From an uncultured bacterium (GTDB lineage Bacteria > Babelota > Babeliae > Babelales > Babelaceae): a stretch of DNA of 64,000 nucleotides. Positions 41,980 through 51,425 of this stretch are shown here, piece by piece. The stretch lies in the NCBI GenBank assembly GCA_963722385.1, contig CAVRKK010000002.1:512001-576000 (forward strand), given 5' to 3'. Numbering within the stretch: the stretch's first letter is position 1; each line of letters begins with the position of its first letter. The position numbers and the translations under genes are program-made. The notes under the pieces were generated by a model. It made no database searches, was not told where the DNA came from, and saw only the letters and a list, made by a program, of their open reading frames with translations.

Positions 41980-42333
41980 ATGGCGAATCGAACACAATCA
42001 CGAAGCAGGGGAACAACACGGAGCCGCAGCACGAGCGCACGAAGAAGCTCAAATCGTGGTGTGGATGAAGGAATAACAGCATGGCTGGGTGAACTCTTTA
42101 GTGAGGGACCAAGCAAGCGCACGGCAACACGTACGCGGCGTGCTGGCACATCCTCAAAAGCAGCTGGTACATCTTCACGAGCAACCAGTGCAACGAGGTC
42201 GACCCGATCAGCGCGAAAACTTACGCGATCAGAGGCTGGCCGTGCAGGTGGTTTAGCACCTCACCGTTGCCGCGGCAGAGCATGCTCAAAGACGGCTTCG
42301 TCACGTAGCCGTTCGTCAACCAGATATGCATAA
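41980..42333 (+). CDS. very basic Arg/Ser/Thr-rich small protein with KGG-like motif
   Basis: AAGGAGG RBS; low-complexity R/S/T sequence; 'RSEAGRAGG'. Confidence 0.75.
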   Translation: MANRTQSRSRGTTRSRSTSARRSSNRGVDEGITAWLGELFSEGPSKRTATRTRRAGTSSKAAGTSSRATSATRSTRSARKLTRSEAGRAGGLAPHRCRGRACSKTASSRSRSSTRYA

Positions 42334-42358
42334 TTGGTTGATTTAGCCGAGAAAACCG

Positions 42359-42393
42359 TGGGCATCTTAATAAGCATATTATTGAGATGCCCA
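42359..42393 (+). terminator. hairpin after the basic protein gene
   Basis: TGGGCATCTTAATAA / TTATTGAGATGCCCA stem. Confidence 0.65.
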
Positions 42394-42455
42394 TAGCATA
42401 CCAACCTCAACAACCACTCAGTCCTATTTTGAGCGGTTTGGCCTCGCAAAGATCT

Positions 42456-42533
42456 TTAATGAGATTTTATTATTAGAATTTTGGCGATACTACCACTACC
42501 GACAAAATGGATGTCAGCTTTTTTATTGTACAT
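42456..42533 (-). pseudogene. probable murC 5' remnant
   Basis: reads MYNKKADIHFVGSGSIAKIL; compare the MurC N-terminus 'IHFVGIGGIGMSGIAxIL'; same strand as and upstream of ftsQAZ. Confidence 0.55.
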
Positions 42534-42710
42534 GTTTTTATTGATCTAAATGCCGCAAATGTAATGGTTATCAATTAAGTGTACCAGATTTTTGATGCGC
42601 TCAACAAGCCTTTTAATGCCGGCGGCGATGATTTTGGGATTTTAAGATCCTGGGAAAGCGCTGCCGGGAAAAACAGGAAACAATGTTTTGAGCCAGAAAC
42701 AACCTCAATT

Positions 42711-43709
42711 TTACTTTTTTTGTTTCTTAAGATCACGGTTTATCACTAGGCAATAAGTGCCTGCTCTGTTTTTTTGTAAGCTTTGAAGGCTATTGGTGTT
42801 TTCCAAGAGCTTGAGAAGCGCTGGCAAGCGTCGAATGAATGCGGGAAGGGCAAAATCAATATGTGAAAGGGTTGCTCTTTTGCTCCAACGTATTTCTGCT
42901 TGAATAAGATTGTCAGCCGGTGTAGAAAATGTTCGCTCTGAAAAAAAAGGTGAATTATTTGCTTTGCTATGATAAATGCTTTGTGGATCAATTATTTGGA
43001 GCAAGTCATGAAAAGAGAATAAATGAAAAACTTGTTTAAAGAGGGGCGAAGCAATCAGATGCTGGTTAATAGCTTGAATGGGGCAACAGCAGAGCACAAG
43101 CCGATCAATGCGTAAGGTAGTGTCTTGAGCTTTTAGGGCAGCAGCTGCGGTGTTAATCGCGGTATTGCCGCCGTGACTCAGGGCTATCAGGGTGATTGGT
43201 GTTTTCTTATATCGTTCATCATCACGCAGTAAGCGGAGGTACCGATAAAGGTGCTCGCCAGCTCTTTCTCGTTCTTCGACGCTTAAAGTGCCTGACCAGC
43301 CAAAAAGATAGAAGTTCTCCAAAGGAAACTGATCAGAATCAGCTTTGGTGAGAATGGTAGCCATGCGAGCAAAATGGTAGGTCCATCCTACGTATGATAC
43401 TTGATGGAGCCCAACGGGTGTAATAACCTGACGTGTCAATCCTGGAATAAGTGCCATGAGTGGTACTGGCAAGCGCGTGCCATGAATGAGTATGGTTATA
43501 GGCTTGTCCGGTGCCGGATATTGGTTGTATGCCAGATCCAGGCGCAGTGGTTGCCTTTTTGCTGAACGGCGTCCCCGTCGCTTATGAAGAGGAACGCTAT
43601 CATGATAAACGGGATTATTGGTAATATTCAGAGAATCATCTAAGGGATAGACAACACAAACTGAAGCAATAAGTATAATACGGAATGCGCTTAATAAATT
43701 TTTATCCAC
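42711..43709 (-). CDS. secreted alpha/beta-hydrolase-fold protein
   Basis: ILIHGT, FGWSG, IALSHGGN nucleophile elbow, DLLQIIDP, SHIDF. Confidence 0.7.
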   Translation of the reverse strand: MDKNLLSAFRIILIASVCVVYPLDDSLNITNNPVYHDSVPLHKRRGRRSAKRQPLRLDLAYNQYPAPDKPITILIHGTRLPVPLMALIPGLTRQVITPVGLHQVSYVGWTYHFARMATILTKADSDQFPLENFYLFGWSGTLSVEERERAGEHLYRYLRLLRDDERYKKTPITLIALSHGGNTAINTAAAALKAQDTTLRIDRLVLCCCPIQAINQHLIASPLFKQVFHLFSFHDLLQIIDPQSIYHSKANNSPFFSERTFSTPADNLIQAEIRWSKRATLSHIDFALPAFIRRLPALLKLLENTNSLQSLQKNRAGTYCLVINRDLKKQKK

Positions 43710-43817
43710 AAGATCAACCCAATTTTTTCCTAATAATTAAAAGTATATTTTGTTTGCAATATTAATCAACCGAAAAAACTACAGGAAGCAATGTTTTAAG
43801 CCGCTCTTCGATAGAGT

Positions 43818-44039
43818 GTGAGGGAGATTTTATGGCCAAGGACCTATGGTGAGTTACGAGACTGCGTATACTATGCTCTTAAAAAAGGGCTAAAAATTTC
43901 TCTAGCCGGGCAACGACATAGCCAGGGAGGACACGCGTTTTATTCAGATGCACTCATCGTTGATATGCGTAAGCTTAATAAGATTATATGTTTAGATTCA
44001 AATAAACTCATTGTAACTGTCCAAGCGGTCGTAACCTAA
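43818..44039 (+). pseudogene. N-terminal fragment of an FAD-binding (VAO-type) oxidoreductase
   Basis: GQRHSQGG, VDMRKLNKI, VTVQA, then a stop after 73 aa. Confidence 0.7.
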
Positions 44040-44113
44040 GACGGCTATCAAGAAAAATTTTTGTCTCGATCAAAAAGTAGCTCTCAAGAAATCGCAGCCT
44101 GCCCAAGCCATCT

Positions 44114-44968
44114 CTACAATTTTTTGATCCAGCTGCATGCCCATTTATGCAAAGCGATCGAGTAAGGTTTTATGTATTTCTTGATCGCATCAGGGCTTTT
44201 CTGAGCACGTTGGTAGTTGGGCCAAGGGTAAAAAAAAGCGACAGGAAACGGTATTGTTATACCAGTGCAAGCAGGAGCCACCTCAAGAAAACAACGGGTA
44301 AAGTGTAAAGGACCGGTCCGTCGTATGATGGCATCTACGTCTTCTTTTGGTCCCCCCGATGCAAGAGTTTCGATGCAGCGCTTGATGATGGGGTGCTGCG
44401 GACTTGCACCTATAAGGCCATTATAAAGCTCAATTTGCGCAGCGTATGCCATACCGGCGAAAAAGTTACAGGCGTATAAGATATCGGTAAATGGCTTAAG
44501 AATTTCAAAGTCGCCATCCAAGTAAACGCCACCGTGTTGATAAAGTATTTCATAGCGAAAAATATCCGATTTTTCACCATAATTAGTTGCGCTGTCAAAT
44601 GCTCTTCTATTGGTCATAAAAAATGAAGCTGCTTCTCGGTCGGTCCATATTTTTACCGCGCAACCGGGGTGCATCTTCTCAAGCTTTTTTTTCAGCATAA
44701 CGTAGCGATCGGGAACCTTGCTGCCGAGCCATATCAAATGAAAGAGCGCAGGAATACGAGGTTGGCCCGCTGTCTCGTAAGGATTGTTCATCCCCGTTTG
44801 GTAAAGTCTCTTAAATACTTGCCAATTTTTGCTTTGCGCAAAGCTGTTCTTAAACAGCCTGCTATGGGCCATGCCCTCAAAAAAACCGATCGGGTATTTT
44901 TGGTTGAGTGTCGGTCCAAGAAGCGTTGTGCTCAAAGCCAATGGTAATGTCAGATAAGCCAATCTCAT
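44114..44968 (-). CDS. GT32/OCH1-like (DxD) glycosyltransferase with signal peptide
   Basis: IPALFHLIWLG, SDIFRYEILYQHGGVYLDGD, TGP, HKWACSW. Confidence 0.88.
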   Translation of the reverse strand: MRLAYLTLPLALSTTLLGPTLNQKYPIGFFEGMAHSRLFKNSFAQSKNWQVFKRLYQTGMNNPYETAGQPRIPALFHLIWLGSKVPDRYVMLKKKLEKMHPGCAVKIWTDREAASFFMTNRRAFDSATNYGEKSDIFRYEILYQHGGVYLDGDFEILKPFTDILYACNFFAGMAYAAQIELYNGLIGASPQHPIIKRCIETLASGGPKEDVDAIIRRTGPLHFTRCFLEVAPACTGITIPFPVAFFYPWPNYQRAQKSPDAIKKYIKPYSIALHKWACSWIKKL

Positions 44969-46068
44969 AAAACACCCAAATATTCATCGACTCGTATTTT
45001 ATGCTGTATCCTGCTCAGTGCCATTACAATATTTTGAGCTGCCTTATCAGCTGCTTGGCCGTGCCCGTATAAAAGGCTTGCTTTGCCTGGTATATAAGCC
45101 TGCATGAGGTGGCGATAAGCATCCACTATTTCTTGCTCGTTTATGCGGGTTGGACAGGCAAGCTCTGCCCAAATTGCTTCAATCTCGTTTATTTTTTCGG
45201 TATAAATAACCGGTTTGTCTAAGCAAATAGCATCTTCGAGCAGGTACGGAATGTTGGTCAAGACGTTATGACAGACCATGAGAAGAGCAAGTGTTTCGGG
45301 ATAGGTTTTTGCGTGGCATGTAAATAATCGCTCATGGTGAAAGGGCAGCTCTGTCTCTGGCTGATCAGCCACGACAATACAGAGCGTACGATCAAAAGCA
45401 AGCAGTGCCCTCAAAGCTTGAAAAATAATTGCTCTTTCTGCATCACCCAGGCCTGAAGTGGCTACGAGCAACCATCGTGCGTGCTGGTACATAACGCTCG
45501 TAATAAATTCGGCCAGCGATGGTGCAAGCGCTGTTCTTTCGCTTTCTATTTTTTCGCGCATCATACTCAGTAAATCAGTGAGCATATTGCCGATGCACCA
45601 AACTGCCTCTCGTCGTATACCATGGGCGAGGAGCTGTGCCGCTGCCGCTTGCGTGGCGGTTATATGCCAGCTTGCCATGAGGCGCATAAAGCCACGGTGC
45701 ATTTCGTGGTGCGGCTCAGCGGTTGCTGATGCGAGGTGCGCGATAGGAATATTTTTATAAGAAGCGGCAAGAGCAGCTGCTATTGTTAAGGGGCTATAAC
45801 CCTCCGTTATGATGAGTGATGGCTTATGCGACTCGATAATATTGTTGCATGTGTTCAATATGCTATCAGTCAGCAGCGCTCTTTTGTTGTAAGGTATCTC
45901 GAGCGTTGGGTTTAGCTCTAGTAGCGCCAAAACCTCGTCAACGATCGTATCAGGTATTGTCGGAGTGCTCAGCGTAGCGGTATAGCCCAATTTTTGTAGA
46001 GCATAATACAGCGGTATAAGCCTACAACTTTGGCGATGTGGTGTCATGAGTATCATAATTTCGGCCAT
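44965..46068 (-). CDS. degenerate UDP-N-acetylglucosamine 2-epimerase-like protein
   Basis: AALAASYKNIPIAH, IGN...D and YGHGQAA align with the WecB/MnaA layout; catalytic motifs altered. Confidence 0.65.
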   Translation of the reverse strand: MAEIMILMTPHRQSCRLIPLYYALQKLGYTATLSTPTIPDTIVDEVLALLELNPTLEIPYNKRALLTDSILNTCNNIIESHKPSLIITEGYSPLTIAAALAASYKNIPIAHLASATAEPHHEMHRGFMRLMASWHITATQAAAAQLLAHGIRREAVWCIGNMLTDLLSMMREKIESERTALAPSLAEFITSVMYQHARWLLVATSGLGDAERAIIFQALRALLAFDRTLCIVVADQPETELPFHHERLFTCHAKTYPETLALLMVCHNVLTNIPYLLEDAICLDKPVIYTEKINEIEAIWAELACPTRINEQEIVDAYRHLMQAYIPGKASLLYGHGQAADKAAQNIVMALSRIQHKIRVDEYLGVL

Positions 46069-46163
46069 AATATTCCTTCTTTTGCTTATGAGTATAGTAC
46101 ATCACTGCTGGTCGGCGTAAGCTTTTGTAATTGAATTGCCTGCTTAGCCGGCTATCCTCAACA

Positions 46164-46537
46164 AAGTCAGGCTAAATTGAATCGCCTGCGCGGCTAGCGG
46201 TTAAGGGACATCGTCCCTTAACAATCCCGATGCAATAGGCGAGATGAGTAGCGCATGCGTGTGAGTAGTTATCGTACGCCAAAGCGTACGATAACTTATA
46301 CCATTTATCATGTACGCTGCGCTCCATGATAAAAATCTATTTTCCGTCAGGAAAATTGCGGTTGCCATAATCATGCGCCACGCATGGTTATGGCATTGAA
46401 AAAGCAAAAGACAGAGGACACAGCATGCGCGACTACGCATATTGGTGTGGGTGCAGGGCCGCTGCCCTGCCGCTCGACGCGTAGTCGCGCCAGCCGCGAA
46501 GGCGTCCCAGCCGCCTAGGCGATATTCCGGCTGACTT
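46164..46537. ncRNA. candidate highly structured non-coding element (~375 nt) of unknown class
   Basis: complementary ends plus at least seven internal stems; no convincing ORF. Confidence 0.5.
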
Positions 46538-46570
46538 GAGAAAATCTCAAAAAAAAGTATACTAACAGCT

Positions 46571-47065
46571 ATGAAGAAACTTTACGCTCCATGGCGCAGA
46601 TTTTACACCCATATGGGGGAAGAGCGGGAAGGCTCACCAAAACCCTGTGCTTTTTGTGCCCTTGCCGCGCAGAGCGACCGGGATGAAGAAAACTTAATTC
46701 TCAAGCGATTCGAGCATACGTTTATCATGCTTAACTTGTACCCCTATAACGGCGGCCACCTGCTTGTTACCCCTTACCAGCACGCCGCTACCCTGGATGC
46801 ACTTTCCTCGAAAACAAGAATCGAAATGATCGAGGAGTCCAACCAAGCTATGATCATCCTACGCCAGAAGCTTGAGCCGGACGGCTTTAATATGGGCATG
46901 AACCTTGGCACCAAGGCAGCCGGCGGCAGCGTTCCGGACCACATCCATATGCATATCTTGCCGCGCTGGTACGGAGATACAAGTTTTCTGCCAACCCTTG
47001 CCGATACCAAACCGATCTCCGAGGACTTACAGGAGCTCTATCAAAAGTTAAAAAAGCTCTTTTAG
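46571..47065 (+). CDS. HIT-family hydrolase (Ap4A phosphorylase-like)
   Basis: LYAPWR, CAFC, NLYPYNGGH, GFNMGMNLG, HIHMHILPRW. Confidence 0.9.
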   Translation: MKKLYAPWRRFYTHMGEEREGSPKPCAFCALAAQSDRDEENLILKRFEHTFIMLNLYPYNGGHLLVTPYQHAATLDALSSKTRIEMIEESNQAMIILRQKLEPDGFNMGMNLGTKAAGGSVPDHIHMHILPRWYGDTSFLPTLADTKPISEDLQELYQKLKKLF

Positions 47066-47075
47066 ACGGTGCTGT

Positions 47076-49682
47076 ATGAAATCACATGAAATACGCGAAA
47101 AATTTTTTACGTTCTTTACCCAGCGGGGGCATACCGAGGTTGCCAGCTCATCGCTGATCCCCGCACAGGACCCAACACTCCTGTTTACCAACGCCGGTAT
47201 GAACCAGTTCAAAGACGTTTTCCTCGGCCATGAAAAGCGCTCCTATACACGCGCCGTATCCATTCAAAAGTGTATCCGAGCCGGCGGCAAACACAACGAT
47301 CTCGAAAATGTTGGATTTACCAAACGGCACTTGACCTTCTTTGAAATGATGGGCAACTTCTCTTTTGGTGACTACTTTAAAAAAGAGGCAATCCGCTTTG
47401 CGTGGGACTTTTTAACGCAAGAAATGCAAATCCCCGCAGAAAGCCTCTACGCAAGCGTTTTTATACAGGATGACGAAGCCTATGACCTCTGGCGCACCGA
47501 AATTGGCCTACCACCTCAGCGCATCGTACGCCTTGGCGTAGCGGACAACTTTTGGCAAATGGGTGATACAGGCCCCTGCGGCCCCTGCAGCGAAATATAT
47601 GTCGATCGTGGCCCCGGCTACGGATGCAATGATACCTTGTGTGCACCGGGATGCCATTGTGATCGCTTCTTAGAGGTTTGGAACCTCGTATTCATGCAAT
47701 ACAACCGCCAACCTGACGGTACTGACGTGCCACTCGAGCACAAAGGTGTTGATACCGGCATGGGTCTTGAACGACTATGCGCGCTTATACAAAATAAAGA
47801 CTCCGTGTACGATACCGACCTCTTTGCACCAGTAATCGCCGCCATCGAACGGGAGACTGGCCATGAATACGCTCGCCAAACTGGCATGATACGAGCAGCG
47901 TTTCGCGTGCTAGCCGACCATATCCGCTCAAGCGCATTCGCGATAGCAGACGGCTGCATGCCGTCCAATGAGGGCCGTGGCTACGTACTGCGAAAGATCA
48001 TCCGCCGCGCTGCCCTTTTTGCTCAAAGGCTCAGCGACAAAAATTTCTTCCCGCGACTGGTCAAGCCACTCGTTGATTTCATGGGCCCGATCTACCCTGA
48101 GCTCAGAACCTACCAGGCTACCATCGAAAAAGTTTTGACATCTGAAATAGAAAAATTTGTTCATAACTTAGCCGCAGGCAAGCTAATTTTTGAGAAATTT
48201 TTGCGAGAACCCGAACTGGCTAAAAGCAAAACCATAACCGGAGCTCAAGCATTTAAGCTCTATGATACCTTCGGCTTCCCGCTTGAACTAACCAAAGTCC
48301 TTGCTCATGAGCATGGGCTTACCGTTGATGTTAAGGGATTTGATAGCGAGATGGAAAAGCAGCGTGCACAATCGGGAAAAAAGATAGCGGGCGGCGCCAT
48401 GGCCGTACTACCTGAATCTCTTTCGACCGAATTTGTTGGCTACCACCAGCAAGATATTGAAACGACGATTAGCGCACTCATGCAAGGCAGTATGCTGCTT
48501 GACGTCTTGGCAGCGGGCGAGCAGGGCTGGGTTATCACCGAAAAATCTCCCTTTTTTGTTGAATGCGGCGGCCAAGTAAGCGACAAGGGGACCATTGTCG
48601 TAAAAGGGGTTGCGGTAACGCTCGGCAAGGTGAAGAAAATTGACAACGCGATTGCTTCTGAAATTGAAGCCCCGGTCGATTTACATGTCGGTGACACGGT
48701 GGAGCTTACCGTTGATAAAAATACTCGCGCCAATACGATGAAAAATCATACGGCAACGCACCTTTTACAAGCAGCACTTATTGAACTGCTCGGCAATAAT
48801 GTGCGCCAGTCAGGATCTCTGGTCAATCCAGATTATTTACGCTTTGACTTTACCTATCATGAAAACTTAACGCCGGAGCAAATAAAGCTTGTTGAAGATC
48901 GCGTAAATGCTAAGATCATGGAAAATATCCCTGTCTCAATTTATACGACAGACTATAAGACGGCACTGACACGAGGCGTGATTGCCATTTTTGGGGAAAA
49001 GTATAACCCTGAAAGCGTTCGCGTTATTGATATTCCTGGGTTTTCCAAAGAGCTTTGCGGGGGAACGCATGTAGCGGCTACCGGCGATATCGGATGCTTT
49101 AAAATTACGGAGGTTACCTCTTTATCGGCAGGCAATCGCCGTATTTTTGCTCTTACGGGACCGCGTGCCGTCGAGCTGTTCCAGGAAAGCTATAGCCTGC
49201 TCAAGTCATTGAGCAACGAATTTAAAGTAAAAACTGCACAGGTTCCTGAAGCTCTTAAAAAGCAACAGGAGCAATTAAAAGCCTGTACCACCAAGCTGAA
49301 AGAGCTTAAGAAAAAAGTATGGCAATTGAGCACGCCGACGTGGCTTGCAGGGCTTACCGATATTGATGGCATCCCATTCCTGGCACTAACCTTGAAAGAC
49401 AGCTTCGCTGACGAGCTGCGAGAAATCGCAAGCGAGCTTGCATCGACCCATGAGGGCCTCTTTTTCTTGATGTCCCCAACACCAGAGCGTACGTTTGTCG
49501 TCATAGCTCTTTCGCCCTCATTAGCAGCGCGCCTTGACATGGGTGCAGCTCTTGCCTGGTTAAAGTCACACGGTATAAGTGGTGGCGGCAGCAAAACGAT
49601 GCTGCAGGGCAGTGCTGCTTATCTTGATAATAAGCTTGTAGAAGACTTTAAAACCTGGGTGCGCCAGGAGAAGAAGTCATGA
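47076..49682 (+). CDS. alaS: alanine--tRNA ligase
   Basis: DPTLLFTNAGMNQFK, TFFEMMGNFSFGDYFK, DTGMGLER, HTATH, ELCGGTH. Confidence 0.98.
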   Translation: MKSHEIREKFFTFFTQRGHTEVASSSLIPAQDPTLLFTNAGMNQFKDVFLGHEKRSYTRAVSIQKCIRAGGKHNDLENVGFTKRHLTFFEMMGNFSFGDYFKKEAIRFAWDFLTQEMQIPAESLYASVFIQDDEAYDLWRTEIGLPPQRIVRLGVADNFWQMGDTGPCGPCSEIYVDRGPGYGCNDTLCAPGCHCDRFLEVWNLVFMQYNRQPDGTDVPLEHKGVDTGMGLERLCALIQNKDSVYDTDLFAPVIAAIERETGHEYARQTGMIRAAFRVLADHIRSSAFAIADGCMPSNEGRGYVLRKIIRRAALFAQRLSDKNFFPRLVKPLVDFMGPIYPELRTYQATIEKVLTSEIEKFVHNLAAGKLIFEKFLREPELAKSKTITGAQAFKLYDTFGFPLELTKVLAHEHGLTVDVKGFDSEMEKQRAQSGKKIAGGAMAVLPESLSTEFVGYHQQDIETTISALMQGSMLLDVLAAGEQGWVITEKSPFFVECGGQVSDKGTIVVKGVAVTLGKVKKIDNAIASEIEAPVDLHVGDTVELTVDKNTRANTMKNHTATHLLQAALIELLGNNVRQSGSLVNPDYLRFDFTYHENLTPEQIKLVEDRVNAKIMENIPVSIYTTDYKTALTRGVIAIFGEKYNPESVRVIDIPGFSKELCGGTHVAATGDIGCFKITEVTSLSAGNRRIFALTGPRAVELFQESYSLLKSLSNEFKVKTAQVPEALKKQQEQLKACTTKLKELKKKVWQLSTPTWLAGLTDIDGIPFLALTLKDSFADELREIASELASTHEGLFFLMSPTPERTFVVIALSPSLAARLDMGAALAWLKSHGISGGGSKTMLQGSAAYLDNKLVEDFKTWVRQEKKS

Positions 49683-50626
49683 TTCCTTTACGCGTTAGCA
49701 ACTTAACCAAAGTATTTACGACCGGTTCATGGCTCTTTGGCAAAAGGAGCACGATCCCTGCCGTGCAAGGCATTTCTTTTGCTATCAACGAAGGCGAGAT
49801 TGTGGGCTTGCTCGGCACCAATGGTGCGGGCAAAACAACAACCATCCAGATGTTGCTCGGCACTCTTTTGCCAACATCTGGACAAATTCATTATTTTGGT
49901 AAAGATTTTGACCGGGAGGGGCCAAGCGCTTTACAACATGTTACGCATGCAAGCGGTTACGATAAATTGCCGCCCAATCTTACGGTAGGCGACAATCTTG
50001 ATATTATTGGCAGACTTTACAGCATGCCTTATGAGGAGCGATCCAAACGTATTAAAGAACTACTGGCCTTCTTTGGGATGGACCAATTTCGGACGCGCCG
50101 TACGGGAGGTTTATCGGCTGGGCAAATGACAAGAATATTACTGGTAAAAGCTTTTTTGCCAAAGCCGCGCTTAGTACTCCTTGATGAACCTACAGCATCT
50201 CTCGACCCTGAGGTAGCCTATGAGGTACGCTCTTTTATTACCGCACAACGTAACACAGAAGGTATTTCGGCACTTTTTACCTCCCACAATATGGCCGAGG
50301 TCACCGAAGTATGCGACCGGGTGCTCATGATGCAACAGGGCCGAATCATTGCTGACGACTCACCCGTTAACCTGGCAGCGTCTATCAAAAAAGCACGGAT
50401 TGCTCTCATAATACAGGGAAGCCTTGAAGAAGCTTGCCGCTATGCACAGGACCATGGATTTTCTTACAAAGTAGAAAATCACGAGATTGAGTTTGAAGTG
50501 GCCGAAGACCGTATTGCTGACGTATTAATGAACCTTGCTCGCGCGGGAATTACGTATACCAACGTATCTATCGACAAGCCAACGCTTGAAGATTACTTTT
50601 TAAGCAAAGCGAAGGAAGCCCTATGA
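49679..50626 (+). CDS. ABC exporter ATP-binding protein
   Basis: GTNGAGKTT, LSAGQ, LLDEPT, TSHNMAEV. Confidence 0.92.
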   Translation: MIPLRVSNLTKVFTTGSWLFGKRSTIPAVQGISFAINEGEIVGLLGTNGAGKTTTIQMLLGTLLPTSGQIHYFGKDFDREGPSALQHVTHASGYDKLPPNLTVGDNLDIIGRLYSMPYEERSKRIKELLAFFGMDQFRTRRTGGLSAGQMTRILLVKAFLPKPRLVLLDEPTASLDPEVAYEVRSFITAQRNTEGISALFTSHNMAEVTEVCDRVLMMQQGRIIADDSPVNLAASIKKARIALIIQGSLEEACRYAQDHGFSYKVENHEIEFEVAEDRIADVLMNLARAGITYTNVSIDKPTLEDYFLSKAKEAL

Positions 50627-51405
50627 TTCAGTGGAGCCACGCATGGGCAATTACCTTGCGTCATCTTCGATTATTAATCCATGATGTTAACATGCAAATA
50701 GCGCTCTTTTTTTGGCCGTTTCTTAATATCGTTGTTTGGGGCTATTTGGGCATTTGGATGCAAAACCAGGACTCCCGCTTGCAGCTCGTGCTTATCGGCT
50801 CAATATTTTTGTGGGAAATTATTAACCGAAGTAGTATCACCATAGCACTTGGGTTTCTTGAAGAATTGTGGGCGCAAAATTTGACCGTACTCTTTGCAAC
50901 ACCGCTCAAGTTGAGCGAGTGGGTACTCGGGATCATTACCTATAGCGCGTTAACTACCATCGCACTCGTACTTTATTGCTTTGCGCTTATCAAGTACTTA
51001 TACGCAATACCAACAGATTTTCTTTTACGGATAAGCTTACTTTTCGGACCGCCTCTTTTCTTGGCAAGCATCGCCTTGGGCTTTCTTGCTTTGCAGGTCG
51101 TGCTCTATCGCGGCAAACGAGCTTCAGAATTCGTTTTTCTCATTGTGTGGATCATGGCCCCGCTCAGTGGCGCTTTTTACCCGCGGGAAGTCCTACCAGC
51201 CTGGGTCCAAGCAGTTGGCAATGTCATACCCATGTCATATATCTTTAGTGCTTTGCGTCGGTACATTCTTGATAATGAAAGCCCTTACGAGAATATCATT
51301 TTTGGTTCTCTCTTAAGCGTCCTCTATGGCGTTATCGCCTTAATACTGCTTTCATACAGTTTTAAGAAGACAAAAATCGCCGGGCTCGCGCGCTTAATGG
51401 ACTGA
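50623..51405 (+). CDS. ABC-2 type exporter permease
   Basis: multiple TMs, SGAFYP...LPAW...PMSY. Confidence 0.88.
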   Translation: MIQWSHAWAITLRHLRLLIHDVNMQIALFFWPFLNIVVWGYLGIWMQNQDSRLQLVLIGSIFLWEIINRSSITIALGFLEELWAQNLTVLFATPLKLSEWVLGIITYSALTTIALVLYCFALIKYLYAIPTDFLLRISLLFGPPLFLASIALGFLALQVVLYRGKRASEFVFLIVWIMAPLSGAFYPREVLPAWVQAVGNVIPMSYIFSALRRYILDNESPYENIIFGSLLSVLYGVIALILLSYSFKKTKIAGLARLMD

Positions 51406-51425
51406 TTCTTTAGATTAGTTTTAAC

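Noticed and set aside
43818..44039. FAD-binding fragment as a murB remnant
   Set aside because: GQRHSQGG fits lactone-oxidase-type VAO enzymes rather than the MurB GxGSN motif, and it is on the opposite strand to the dcw genes.
46201..46440. 79-aa minus-strand ORF
   Set aside because: Lies wholly within the hairpin-rich element, with no clear RBS or recognisable protein features.
46164..46537. Retron msr-msd, T-box leader for alaS, RNase P or tmRNA
   Set aside because: No adjacent reverse transcriptase; no T-box GGTGGNACC antiterminator, RNase P GAGGAAAGTCC or tRNA-like tmRNA ends were found by eye.
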